Below, piece by piece: positions 8,838 through 17,707 of a stretch of 64,000 nt of DNA (its first letter is position 1; each line of letters starts with the position of its first letter). The translations under genes and the position numbers were made by a program. The notes under the pieces were generated by a model. That model ran no database searches and was not told the origin of the DNA. It saw nothing but the letters and a program-made list of their open reading frames with translations. The stretch lies in the NCBI GenBank assembly GCA_040389205.1, contig JAZKAL010000010.1, positions 99,697 to 163,696 on the forward strand, written 5' to 3'. The stretch is from Bacteroidota bacterium (GTDB taxonomy: Bacteria; Bacteroidota; Bacteroidia; Sphingobacteriales; Sphingobacteriaceae).

Positions 8838-9458
8838 CTAAGCCTTATAATCAGCGATACTTAGTCGGTTATCGCAAAAGTTGTACTCATGTTCCTGGTT
8901 AGAGCAAACGATAGTAAGGCGGTTCTCGCTAAATTTTTCAACCAGGCTAAGATACCAGTCTATACCCTGCGTATCCAGGTTAGATGTAGGCTCGTCCAAC
9001 ATGAGCATGGGGGTATCGGCACAAAAGGCAAGCGCCAGTTTAAGGCGCTGTTTCATGCCAGAGGAGAAGTATTTAATAAGTTTATTGCGGCTGCCATCCA
9101 AATTCAATATATCGGCAACAGCGTTTTTATCCATTCCGGCTTTAAATTTTTTGAATTTAAAGTGGAAGTCTATCATCTCGTTCAGCGAAAAATCTTCAAT
9201 GACTTCCAGGTAAGGAGCGGCTAGACTCAGGTAGTTAAAAACCTCACCCGGCTCAACTTCTTTCCCGGAATCTTGATATTTAAGTACTCCAACAGAAGGA
9301 ACCAGGCTGCCGTTTAACACCTGTAACAGCGTTGATTTACCTGAGCCATTTGCTCCAAGCACCGCGTATTTGCCCGCGTTTTCAAAGGTGTAGTCTATCC
9401 CCCTGAAAATCCATTCACGGTTAAAGCGGCGGCCAATATTTTGGAGGGTGATATCCAT
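8838..9458 (-). CDS. ABC transporter ATP-binding protein (orphan, CcmA-like size)
   Basis: GANGSGKST Walker A, FSSGMKQR signature, LMLDEPT Walker B. Confidence 0.92.
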   Translation of the reverse strand: MDITLQNIGRRFNREWIFRGIDYTFENAGKYAVLGANGSGKSTLLQVLNGSLVPSVGVLKYQDSGKEVEPGEVFNYLSLAAPYLEVIEDFSLNEMIDFHFKFKKFKAGMDKNAVADILNLDGSRNKLIKYFSSGMKQRLKLALAFCADTPMLMLDEPTSNLDTQGIDWYLSLVEKFSENRLTIVCSNQEHEYNFCDNRLSIADYKA

Positions 9459-9526
9459 AATGGTTGAGAGGAGATAGTTAATGGTTCATAGCAGCTACGG
9501 GTTGCTGAACCATCAACCATAAGCTA
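9459..9526. repeat. Degenerate 7-mer array arranged as an inverted repeat
   Basis: aatggtt gagagga gatagtt aatggtt catagca ... gaaccat caaccat aagcta; the arms atggttc and gaaccat are complementary. Confidence 0.6.
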
Positions 9527-9531
9527 AAAGT

Positions 9532-10317
9532 TTAGCTGCTACCAAATCCCTTCATGATACCGCGTTGTGAGTTTTGTACAAAATTGATGATCTCGTCGCG
9601 CTCCACAGTTGGGTTAAATTCGGCCTCGATAATATCCAAAGCCTTGGTAATATTGTATTTTTTCAGGAAGATTATACGGTAGATCTCCTGGATCTCATTA
9701 ATGGTTTCTGCGCTAAATCCTCTGCGGCGTAAGCCTACAGAGTTAATGCCAATATATGATAGCGGCTCGCGGCCGGCTTTTGTGTATGGAGGGACATCCT
9801 TACGAACTAATGAGCCGCCGGAGATCATGGCATGCGCCCCTATCTCAACAAACTGATGCACAGCAGATGTGCCGCCAATAAAAGCATGATCATATACATT
9901 AATATGGCCTGCAAGCTGCACGCCGTTAGCTATGATCACGTTATCACCAATAACACAATCATGTGCCACGTGTACATAAGCCATTAACAAGCAGTTTTGG
10001 CCGATGGTTGTTGTGTTTTTATCAAGCGCGGTACCACGGTTAAGGGTTACGCATTCGCGGATAACGGTGTTATCGCCAATGGTAACTGTACTGGCCTCCC
10101 CTTTGTATTTCAGGTCTTGTGGTGGGGCAGATACAACAGCACCCGGAAAAATGCGGCAATTTTTACCAATGCGGGCACCGTCCATAATAACGGAGTTTGA
10201 ACCCACCCAGGTACCTTCGCCAATTTCCACATCTTTATGTATGGTAACAAAGGGCTCAATAACCACATTGTCGGCAATTTTTGCCTGCGGGTGTATGTAT
10301 GCTAAAGGCTGTATCAT
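9532..10317 (-). CDS. lpxA: Acyl-ACP--UDP-N-acetylglucosamine O-acyltransferase
   Basis: Hexapeptide repeats, PQDLKY, IRECVT, AYVHVAHDC, VHQF, GINSVGLRRRGF. Confidence 0.97.
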   Translation of the reverse strand: MIQPLAYIHPQAKIADNVVIEPFVTIHKDVEIGEGTWVGSNSVIMDGARIGKNCRIFPGAVVSAPPQDLKYKGEASTVTIGDNTVIRECVTLNRGTALDKNTTTIGQNCLLMAYVHVAHDCVIGDNVIIANGVQLAGHINVYDHAFIGGTSAVHQFVEIGAHAMISGGSLVRKDVPPYTKAGREPLSYIGINSVGLRRRGFSAETINEIQEIYRIIFLKKYNITKALDIIEAEFNPTVERDEIINFVQNSQRGIMKGFGSS

Positions 10318-11717
10318 GCTTCTTTATATTTTACTATTTGCGCCATTAGCTCGGCCTCAACTACAATTTTTTCGCCAACCATGCCAATGCCTTTCATTTG
10401 CGCAATGCCACGGCGGATAGGCGCTATCAGGTCGCAACGGAATATTAACGTATCGCCCGGTAAAACCTTATCCTTAAACCTGGCATTTTCAATTTTAAGG
10501 AACAGCGTTAACCAGTTTTCAGGATCGGGTACCGTATTTAATACCAATATGCCGCCAGTTTGTGCCATGGCTTCTATCTGCAACACACCCGGCATAACAG
10601 GTGCGCCAGGGAAGTGGCCAACAAAGAATGGCTCGTTCATGGTTACCGCCTTTAAGCCTACAACATGCGTTTTGGTAAGCTCTAATATCTTATCAACAAG
10701 CAACAATGGTGGGCGGTGCGGCAATATGTTCATGATCTGAACGGTATCGTAAACCGGGGTCATGTTAGGGTCGTACACCTTTACATGCTTGCGGCTGCGC
10801 TCTTTCTTAATAAGTGCTTTAATTTTTTTAGCGAAGGCTACGTTTGCCGCATGGCCGGGCCTTGCGGCCATAATGTGGCCTTTAAGCGGCACTCCAACTA
10901 AGGCAAGGTCGCCGATCATATCCAGCAGTTTGTGGCGTGCAGGCTCGTTCTGGTGACGAAGCTCGATGTTGTTTAATATGCCCTGCGGTGCAACGTTAAT
11001 ATCTTTACGGTTAAATATTTTGGCCAAATGAGAAAGCTCTTCCTCGTCAACCTCTTTATCAACAACCACAATGGCGTTGTTTAAGTCGCCGCCTTTAATA
11101 AGGTCGTGTTTAACCAGCATTTCCAGCTCATGTAAAAAGCAGAAGGTGCGGCTTGACGCGATCTCTTTTTTAAACTCACGAAGGCTGGAAATGGTTGCAT
11201 GCTGGCTACCCAATACCTGCGAGTTATAATCAACCATACAGGTAAAACGGTAATCGTCATCTAAAGGCATAGCTACCATATCAACCTTACGGTCGGCCTC
11301 AGAGTAATGGATATTATAGGGGATGTGGTAATATTCCCTATCTGCAGCCTGTTCTTGAAAACCGGCTTTTTCAATAGCATCAATAAACTGTATCGAACTG
11401 CCATCCATTATTGGCGTTTCGGGGCCGTCCATATCAATTAGTACGTTATCTATCTCCAAGCCAACTAAAGCAGCCAATACATGCTCCACAGTACTAACAC
11501 TGGCACCGTTTTGGGTTAGGGTTGTACCTCTTGAGGTATCGGTAACATTATCTACATCGGCATCAATTACTGGCTGGCCGGGCAAATCAACCCTACGGAA
11601 TTTGTAGCCGTGCTTTTCCGGCGCGGGGTTAAAGGTCATGGTAACGCTTTGCCCTGTGTGTAAGCCCGTGCCCGATACTGATACAGGCTCTTTAATAGTT
11701 CTTTGTTTTACATTCAT
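10314..11717 (-). CDS. lpxC: Bifunctional UDP-3-O-acyl-GlcNAc deacetylase / 3-hydroxyacyl-ACP dehydratase (LpxC-FabZ)
   Basis: QRTI, GLHTG, TVEHVLAA and HKLLD in the LpxC part; LPHRPPLLLVD and GHFPGAPVMPGVLQIEAMAQ in the FabZ part. Confidence 0.97.
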   Translation of the reverse strand: MNVKQRTIKEPVSVSGTGLHTGQSVTMTFNPAPEKHGYKFRRVDLPGQPVIDADVDNVTDTSRGTTLTQNGASVSTVEHVLAALVGLEIDNVLIDMDGPETPIMDGSSIQFIDAIEKAGFQEQAADREYYHIPYNIHYSEADRKVDMVAMPLDDDYRFTCMVDYNSQVLGSQHATISSLREFKKEIASSRTFCFLHELEMLVKHDLIKGGDLNNAIVVVDKEVDEEELSHLAKIFNRKDINVAPQGILNNIELRHQNEPARHKLLDMIGDLALVGVPLKGHIMAARPGHAANVAFAKKIKALIKKERSRKHVKVYDPNMTPVYDTVQIMNILPHRPPLLLVDKILELTKTHVVGLKAVTMNEPFFVGHFPGAPVMPGVLQIEAMAQTGGILVLNTVPDPENWLTLFLKIENARFKDKVLPGDTLIFRCDLIAPIRRGIAQMKGIGMVGEKIVVEAELMAQIVKYKEA

Positions 11718-11749
11718 ATTATGAGATGTTCATTGGCCCAATAGCAAAA

Positions 11750-12796
11750 CTACTGATCGCCTTTATTCTTAAGTTCTTTTATTATCTTTTCAAGTTCGTT
11801 AACTCTTTTTTCCAGTTCGGGCAAGCGGCTCACCACCACGTTCGATCGCATATCGGCGGTATAGCCAATTGCCGGCGAACCCGCCCATCTTTTACCCTCT
11901 TCGGTAATTTTACGGCTTACGCCAGATTGTGCCTGCACTTGCGTGCCCTTTGCAATGGTAATATGCCCAACTACGCCAACCTGGCCCCCAAGCATAACAT
12001 TTTCTCCAAGTTTGGTGCTGCCCGCAATGCCTGCCTGCGCCGCTACTACCGTGTTTTGGCCAATATCAACGTTGTGGGCTATTTGCACAAGGTTATCAAT
12101 TTTAGCGCCTTTGCGCACATAGGTTGAACCCATAGTCGCCCTATCTATAGTGGTATTGGCACCCACTTCAACATTATCTTCAATAACAACGTTACCAATT
12201 TGGGCTACTTTTGTGTATGTACCGTCCGGGTTTGGGGCGAAGCCAAAGCCATCGCTGCCTATTACAGCGCCCGAATGTATCACCACATTATCACCAATTA
12301 TACAATCAAAGTATACCTTTACGCCGGGGAACAAAGTTACGTTATTACCCAATTTTACATTGTCAGCAATGTAACAACCCGGATATATTTTACAGTTATC
12401 GCCCATTGTTACATCCTGGCTTATATAAGTGAATGCACCAATATAAGGTGTCACACCAATTTTTACCGATTTATGTACAAAGTGCGGTTCTTCTACGCCG
12501 GATTTATTTAGCTTAATGGTATTGTATTGTTCCAGGAGCAGTGTAAACGACGAATACGCGTTTTCTACCCTGATAAGGGTTGCCTTTACCGGGGCTGTTA
12601 GTTGCAGGCTGTTGTTTACAATTACCAACGAGGCATTTGTTGTGTACAGGTATTGCTCATATTTAGGATTAGCTAAAAATGATAATGAACCGGCACCGCC
12701 TTCCTCTATTTTAGCCAGATGATTAGCCTCCACAAGCGGATCGCCTTCAACTGTTCCGTTTAGCATAAAGGCTATATCCTTTGCGGTAAATTGCAT
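11750..12796 (-). CDS. lpxD: UDP-3-O-(3-hydroxymyristoyl)glucosamine N-acyltransferase
   Basis: LSFLANPKY, GSDGFGF, QIGNV, IDRAT, DNLVQIAHNV, hexapeptide repeats. Confidence 0.97.
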   Translation of the reverse strand: MQFTAKDIAFMLNGTVEGDPLVEANHLAKIEEGGAGSLSFLANPKYEQYLYTTNASLVIVNNSLQLTAPVKATLIRVENAYSSFTLLLEQYNTIKLNKSGVEEPHFVHKSVKIGVTPYIGAFTYISQDVTMGDNCKIYPGCYIADNVKLGNNVTLFPGVKVYFDCIIGDNVVIHSGAVIGSDGFGFAPNPDGTYTKVAQIGNVVIEDNVEVGANTTIDRATMGSTYVRKGAKIDNLVQIAHNVDIGQNTVVAAQAGIAGSTKLGENVMLGGQVGVVGHITIAKGTQVQAQSGVSRKITEEGKRWAGSPAIGYTADMRSNVVVSRLPELEKRVNELEKIIKELKNKGDQ

Positions 12797-12800
12797 CGTA

Positions 12801-12808
12801 CAAATTTA
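12801..12808 (-). promoter_or_regulatory. -7 promoter box for the lpxD operon (near-leaderless transcript)
   Basis: TAAATTTG on the minus strand, only 4 nt before the ATG. Confidence 0.55.
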
Positions 12809-12881
12809 AATGTTAAAACCATAGCAACAAATTATTAATAATGAGTGCAGTTTTGTTGTAAGATAATCCCAAAAACGCTCC

Positions 12882-12899
12882 TCCCGATAGCTATCGGGA
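12882..12899. repeat. Perfect 18-bp palindrome (CCCGATAGCTATCGGG-type intergenic repeat)
   Basis: tcccgatag|ctatcggga, 6 nt after the HD gene stop codon. Confidence 0.7.
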
Positions 12900-12905
12900 C
12901 GCCAC

Positions 12906-14138
12906 TTAACTATTCACCAACTCCTTAGCATAGCAAAGTATATATTTTTTTACAGTTTTTGATAAAGCCTCCAGGTTAGAGTTGTCGCTGGCCACGGTAA
13001 TGTCTGTCATATTACCGTTCTTCCTCAAAATATGGATATTGCCATCCCCTTTGTTATATGCATTATTGCGAATATCATCAGTAAATACAAAATAAGAGGC
13101 CTCATGTTCGCTGATGCCATATTTTTCTACTGCGTTGGCTTTCAGTTGCGTAACAAAGGTTTCGTCCGGCGCTTCGCTGGTAATATCTACATGATAAAGC
13201 CTGCGGTTAATAAAATTGTGGCAAAGTTTAGATAGCACAAAGTCCGTGCTATCTGCCCATATTTTAACCGCTGCCATTACATCGGTATCATCCAGTAAGG
13301 CAAATGTTTTTAAATGCTCGTCGCTGGCCATAAATTCATCCTTGGTAATTAAATTTTCAAGAAAATAACTTAAGGCAGGTGTTAGCGGAAAATGCGTGCC
13401 CTGCAAGGCCAGTTCGCGGCTGCGGGTAAATATTTTACAAAGCAATTGCTCGGCAGCTATTACAGTTTTATGCAGGTAAACCTGCCAGTACATCAACCTG
13501 CGTGCAATCAGGAATTTTTCTATAGAGTATATGCCCTTCTCCTCTACAGCAATGCTGTCATCCTTTACGGTAAGCATTTTTATGATGCGGTCCGAGCTGA
13601 TAACCCCCTCTGATACGCCTGTAAAATAACTATCCCTGTTCAGGTAATCCATCCGGTCCATATCCAGCTGGCTGGATACTAACTGGTGTAAAAAACGCTT
13701 AGGATAATTGCCCGTAAATATGCTGATGGCTAATGAAAGCTTGCCGCCAAATTCCTCGTTCAGCTTATTCATGAGTAGTATTGAAATATCCTCGTGGTCT
13801 ATCTCATCTACAATGGTATGTTCTAAAGCGTGCGAGAAAGGGCCGTGGCCAATATCGTGCAGTAAAATAGCGATCATTAGCCCTTCTTTTTCTTCGGGCG
13901 AGATCTCTGCGCCTTTATTGCAAAGGGTTTCTATGGCCAGGCTCATTAGGTGCATGGCGCCCAAAGCATGGTGGAAACGGGTGTGTAATGCTCCAGGATA
14001 TACCAAATGGGTCATGCCCAATTGCTTAATATAACGCAGGCGCTGAAAGTATGGGTGGTCTATCAGGTCATACACCAAATCGGTTGGTATACTGATGAAC
14101 CCGTAAACCGGGTCGTTTATGATTTTCTTTTTGTTCAA
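12906..14138 (-). CDS. HD-domain phosphohydrolase (SAMHD1/dNTPase-like fold)
   Basis: DPVYG, FQRLRYIKQLG, HTRFHHALG, LLHDIGHGPFSH, DMDRMDYLNRDSY, VYLHKT. Confidence 0.9.
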   Translation of the reverse strand: MNKKKIINDPVYGFISIPTDLVYDLIDHPYFQRLRYIKQLGMTHLVYPGALHTRFHHALGAMHLMSLAIETLCNKGAEISPEEKEGLMIAILLHDIGHGPFSHALEHTIVDEIDHEDISILLMNKLNEEFGGKLSLAISIFTGNYPKRFLHQLVSSQLDMDRMDYLNRDSYFTGVSEGVISSDRIIKMLTVKDDSIAVEEKGIYSIEKFLIARRLMYWQVYLHKTVIAAEQLLCKIFTRSRELALQGTHFPLTPALSYFLENLITKDEFMASDEHLKTFALLDDTDVMAAVKIWADSTDFVLSKLCHNFINRRLYHVDITSEAPDETFVTQLKANAVEKYGISEHEASYFVFTDDIRNNAYNKGDGNIHILRKNGNMTDITVASDNSNLEALSKTVKKYILCYAKELVNS

Positions 14139-14276
14139 AGTAGCTGTTAAGAATGCAAAAGTGTTGAATTATGACAAAACAAGCACCGTTTAATTGTTAA
14201 TTTATGTTAATCCTTGCATATTTTTACAACAAAACATGCCGCCTTAAGGTTATAGGTGGGTAAAATTAAATATATT

Positions 14277-15830
14277 ATGCAGGATACCACTATATTATGG
14301 GCCGATGACGAAATTGATCTGCTGAAACCACACGTTCTTTTCTTAAGCGAAAAGGGATATAAGATAATAACAGTTACCAATGGTAACGATGCCATTGAAG
14401 AATTTAAGAAGCAATATTTCGACCTGGTTTTTCTGGACGAGAACATGCCCGGCCTTACCGGGTTAGAAACCCTGCAACAAATAAAGAACATTAATAACGA
14501 TGTGCCCATTGTACTCATCACCAAAAACGAGGAAGAGTATTTAATGGAGGATGCCATAGGCTCTAAAATTGATGATTACCTGATTAAACCAGTACACCCA
14601 AAGCAAATACTGCTTACCATTAAAAAGCTTACCGAAAACAAAAAGCTTGTTGGCGCTAAAACCACCATGGCTTACCAGCAGGATTTCCGTAACCTGGGCA
14701 TGACCCTTAACGATAACCTGAGCTACCAGGAATGGGTTGATGTTTACAAAAAACTGATCTATTGGGAACTGGAACTGGAGACGCTGGAAGATGCCGGCAT
14801 GCACGAGATACTTACCCTGCAAAAGGCGGAGGCCAACGTACAGTTTTGCAAATTTGTAGAGCGTAATTATTTAGGGTGGATAAAAGACCCGGAAAACGGG
14901 CCAACATCATCTCCGCAATTATTCAAGAAAAAGGTATTCCCTAAACTGGATGGCAACGGGCCGGTATTTTTTATATTGATCGATAACCTACGTTACGATC
15001 AGTTTAAGATCATTAACCCCATCATTTCAGAATATTTTAGGCTGGAGGAAGAGGATACCTATTACAGCATCCTGCCAACGGCTACCCAATACGCGCGTAA
15101 CGCCATTTTCTCGGGATTGATGCCTTTAGAGATGGAAACCCGTTACCCGCAAAAGTGGCAAAATGATGAAGACGAAGGCGGCAAAAACCTTTTTGAAGCA
15201 GATTTTGTTGCCGACCAGCTGAAGCGTGTTTTACGCCGCGATGTTAAACACTCGTACCACAAGATATTAAACATTGACGAAGGCCGCGCCCTGAATGAAT
15301 CGGTAAATAACCTGATGAATAACGAGTTGAACGTGGTTGTTTACAACTTTGTGGATATGCTTAGCCATGCCCGTACAGATATGCAAATGATACGCGAGCT
15401 GGCAAGCGACGACGCGGCATACCGCTCGTTAACCCTATCGTGGTTTGAGCATTCGCCGTTGTTTGATCTGTTGAAGTTCCTGGCATCTAAACAAGTAAGG
15501 GTGGTAATAACTACCGACCACGGTACCATTCGTGTAAAGAACCCAAGCAAGATCATAGGCGACCGAAATACCAATACAAACCTGCGTTATAAACAAGGCA
15601 AAAACCTAAATTATAACGCTAAAGAGGTATTCCACATTCGTAACCCGCATGATGCTATGCTACCAAAATTGCACGTAAGCAGCAGTTTTGTGTTTGCTAA
15701 GGGCGATAGTTACTTTGTGTACCCTAACAACTACAACCATTTTGTTAATTTCTATAACGAAACCTTCCAGCATGGTGGCATCTCGTTAGAAGAAATGATC
15801 ATCCCGATAGTTACCTACGGGCCAAAATAG
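14277..15830 (+). CDS. porX: PorX-type response regulator with C-terminal PglZ (alkaline phosphatase superfamily) domain
   Basis: N-terminal receiver (WADDE, FLDENMPG, KP); PglZ motifs IDNLRYDQ, LPTATQYARNAIFSG, TTDHG and FQHGGISLEEM. Confidence 0.92.
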   Translation: MQDTTILWADDEIDLLKPHVLFLSEKGYKIITVTNGNDAIEEFKKQYFDLVFLDENMPGLTGLETLQQIKNINNDVPIVLITKNEEEYLMEDAIGSKIDDYLIKPVHPKQILLTIKKLTENKKLVGAKTTMAYQQDFRNLGMTLNDNLSYQEWVDVYKKLIYWELELETLEDAGMHEILTLQKAEANVQFCKFVERNYLGWIKDPENGPTSSPQLFKKKVFPKLDGNGPVFFILIDNLRYDQFKIINPIISEYFRLEEEDTYYSILPTATQYARNAIFSGLMPLEMETRYPQKWQNDEDEGGKNLFEADFVADQLKRVLRRDVKHSYHKILNIDEGRALNESVNNLMNNELNVVVYNFVDMLSHARTDMQMIRELASDDAAYRSLTLSWFEHSPLFDLLKFLASKQVRVVITTDHGTIRVKNPSKIIGDRNTNTNLRYKQGKNLNYNAKEVFHIRNPHDAMLPKLHVSSSFVFAKGDSYFVYPNNYNHFVNFYNETFQHGGISLEEMIIPIVTYGPK

Positions 15831-15854
15831 GAATTGAAATATGCTCCCCCAATT

Positions 15855-15969
15855 TGTCATTTCGAACGAGCAAGCGGTGGGAAGAGCGTTGCGCGAGGAG
15901 AAATCTTGTTAGATTAGCATGGTCGCTATTAATATCTAACAAGATTTCTCACTATCGTTCGAAATGACA
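15855..15969. repeat. REP-like nested palindrome with TGTCAT...ATGACA ends
   Basis: Outer IR tgtcatttcgaacg / cgttcgaaatgaca (14 bp); inner IR gagaaatcttgttagat / atctaacaagatttctc (17 bp). Confidence 0.85.
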
Positions 15970-15975
15970 CTGTTT

Positions 15976-15983
15976 TATATTTG
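15976..15983 (+). promoter_or_regulatory. -7 promoter box for tsaE
   Basis: TATATTTG, 13 nt before the ATG at 15997 and abutting the palindromic repeat. Confidence 0.55.
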
Positions 15984-15996
15984 CATAAATATAACC

Positions 15997-16416
15997 ATGG
16001 ACTTACACATTACTTCTACCGCCGAGCTACCACAAGTTGCATCGGATATATTAGAATATGCCGGCGATACCCGCATATTTCTTTTTTACGGAGATATGGG
16101 CGCGGGTAAAACCACGCTTATTAAAGCGCTTTGCGCGCAGCTGGGTGTTTTAGATGCGGCTACCAGCCCTACGTTTTCTATTGTTAACCAATACCAAGGG
16201 CAGGATGGCTCGGTTTACCACTTTGATTTTTACAGGCTAAAAGACCAGAACGAGGCGCTTGATATGGGTTACGAAGAATACTTTTACTCGGGCAACTACT
16301 GTTTTATAGAATGGCCGGAAAAGATCGCTAGTCTTGTTCCGGATAGCTATACAGGGGTACGCATTCGCGTAATAGATGCTACCACCAGGCAAATTACAGT
16401 TGAAAACATTTCATAA
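15997..16416 (+). CDS. tsaE: tRNA threonylcarbamoyladenosine biosynthesis ATPase TsaE
   Basis: GDMGAGKTT, TSPTFSIV, YHFDFYRL, IEWPE. Confidence 0.96.
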   Translation: MDLHITSTAELPQVASDILEYAGDTRIFLFYGDMGAGKTTLIKALCAQLGVLDAATSPTFSIVNQYQGQDGSVYHFDFYRLKDQNEALDMGYEEYFYSGNYCFIEWPEKIASLVPDSYTGVRIRVIDATTRQITVENIS

Positions 16417-16464
16417 GCAATCCTGTTTTTTTCTTATCTTCATCAGCCGGAAAAATAACGTATC

Positions 16465-17691
16465 ATGAGCACAGGGAAATACAGTGGGTTTTCAGACGTT
16501 GCCAGGCAGGCAATGATGCAGCCCCAGGAGTCGATGCTGGAAGTTAAAAGCAAAAAAGACAAACTATATATTGGCATCCCAAAGGAGATATCCTTCCAGG
16601 AAAACCGTATCCCGCTTACCCCGTTATCGGTAGCGCTGCTCATCAACAACGGGCACGAAGTTATGCTGGAAAGCAACGCCGGCCAGGCCGCAAACTTTAC
16701 AGATAATAATTACAGTGAACAAGGCGCCCAGATAGTTTACGATACCAAGAAAGTTTACGAAGCTGATATCATCATTAAAATTGCTCCGCCTACTAAAGAG
16801 GAAATTGAGATGATGAAGCCCGGGCAGCTGCTGATATCCGCGCTACAGCTTTCTACTTTAAAAGCCGATTGCCTGCATGCGCTGATGAAGAAAAAGGTCA
16901 CCGCGTTATGTTTTGAGCATTTAGAGGATGAAGGCGGTTCGCTGACGGTGGTACGGGCCATGAGCGAAATTGTGGGCGCTACATCAGTACTGATAGCCGC
17001 CGAATACCTGAGCAATATTTTCGAAGGCAAGGGCTTAATGTTGGGCGGTATTACAGGCGTGCCCCCTACAGAAATTGTGATACTTGGTGCCGGTACGGTT
17101 GGCGAATACGCCGCACGCACCGCCATATCATTAGGGGCCCAGGTTAAAGTATTTGATCCTTCTATTTACAAGCTTCGCCGGTTGCAAAACAATATAGGCA
17201 CACGCATATTTACATCTGTAGTACAGCCTATAGTATTAGAAAAGGCCATTACTACCTGCGATGTTGCCATTGGTGCCATCAGGGCCGATGATGGCCGCAG
17301 CCCGCAAATAGTATCTGAAACCACTGTAAGCAAAATGAAACCCAACTCGGTTATTATTGATGTAAGTATAGACCAGGGTGGCTGTTTCGAAACATCAGAG
17401 GTTACTAACCATACACACCCGGTTTTCCGTAAGTACGATGTAATTCATTATTGCGTACCAAACATCGCGTCGCGTGTAGCGCGCACCGCTACTTATGCGC
17501 TAACTAATATATTTGCACCCATCCTGTTAGATATTGGCGAAATGGGCGGACTTAAAAATGTGATATGGCAAAAAGCGGGTATCCGCAAGGCGGTGTATAT
17601 TTACCAGGGGCACCTTACCAGCAAACACATGGGCGAACGTTTTAATATCCCGTGTAAAGACCTGGATTTGTTAGTAGTATCGAATCATTAA
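16465..17691 (+). CDS. ald: Alanine dehydrogenase / PNT-family protein (Bacteroidota type with N-terminal extension)
   Basis: IGIPKE...ENRIPLTP, MSEIVG, ILGAGTVG Rossmann motif, DVSIDQGGCFETS, HYCVPNI. The catalytic His position is Gln. Confidence 0.8.
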   Translation: MSTGKYSGFSDVARQAMMQPQESMLEVKSKKDKLYIGIPKEISFQENRIPLTPLSVALLINNGHEVMLESNAGQAANFTDNNYSEQGAQIVYDTKKVYEADIIIKIAPPTKEEIEMMKPGQLLISALQLSTLKADCLHALMKKKVTALCFEHLEDEGGSLTVVRAMSEIVGATSVLIAAEYLSNIFEGKGLMLGGITGVPPTEIVILGAGTVGEYAARTAISLGAQVKVFDPSIYKLRRLQNNIGTRIFTSVVQPIVLEKAITTCDVAIGAIRADDGRSPQIVSETTVSKMKPNSVIIDVSIDQGGCFETSEVTNHTHPVFRKYDVIHYCVPNIASRVARTATYALTNIFAPILLDIGEMGGLKNVIWQKAGIRKAVYIYQGHLTSKHMGERFNIPCKDLDLLVVSNH

Positions 17692-17707
17692 GAAATTACT
17701 TGCCTTA

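Noticed and set aside
10314-11717. LpxC-FabZ fusion as a novelty
   Set aside because: This is the normal arrangement in Bacteroidota.
12906-14138. HD dNTPase-like gene as a partner of the RT
   Set aside because: It is 6.4 kb away, has host-like composition and sits in a housekeeping lpx/porX context. No direct evidence of linkage.
14277-15830. PglZ domain as part of a BREX defence system
   Set aside because: It is fused to a receiver domain (PorX), and no brxC, pglX or brxL genes are nearby.
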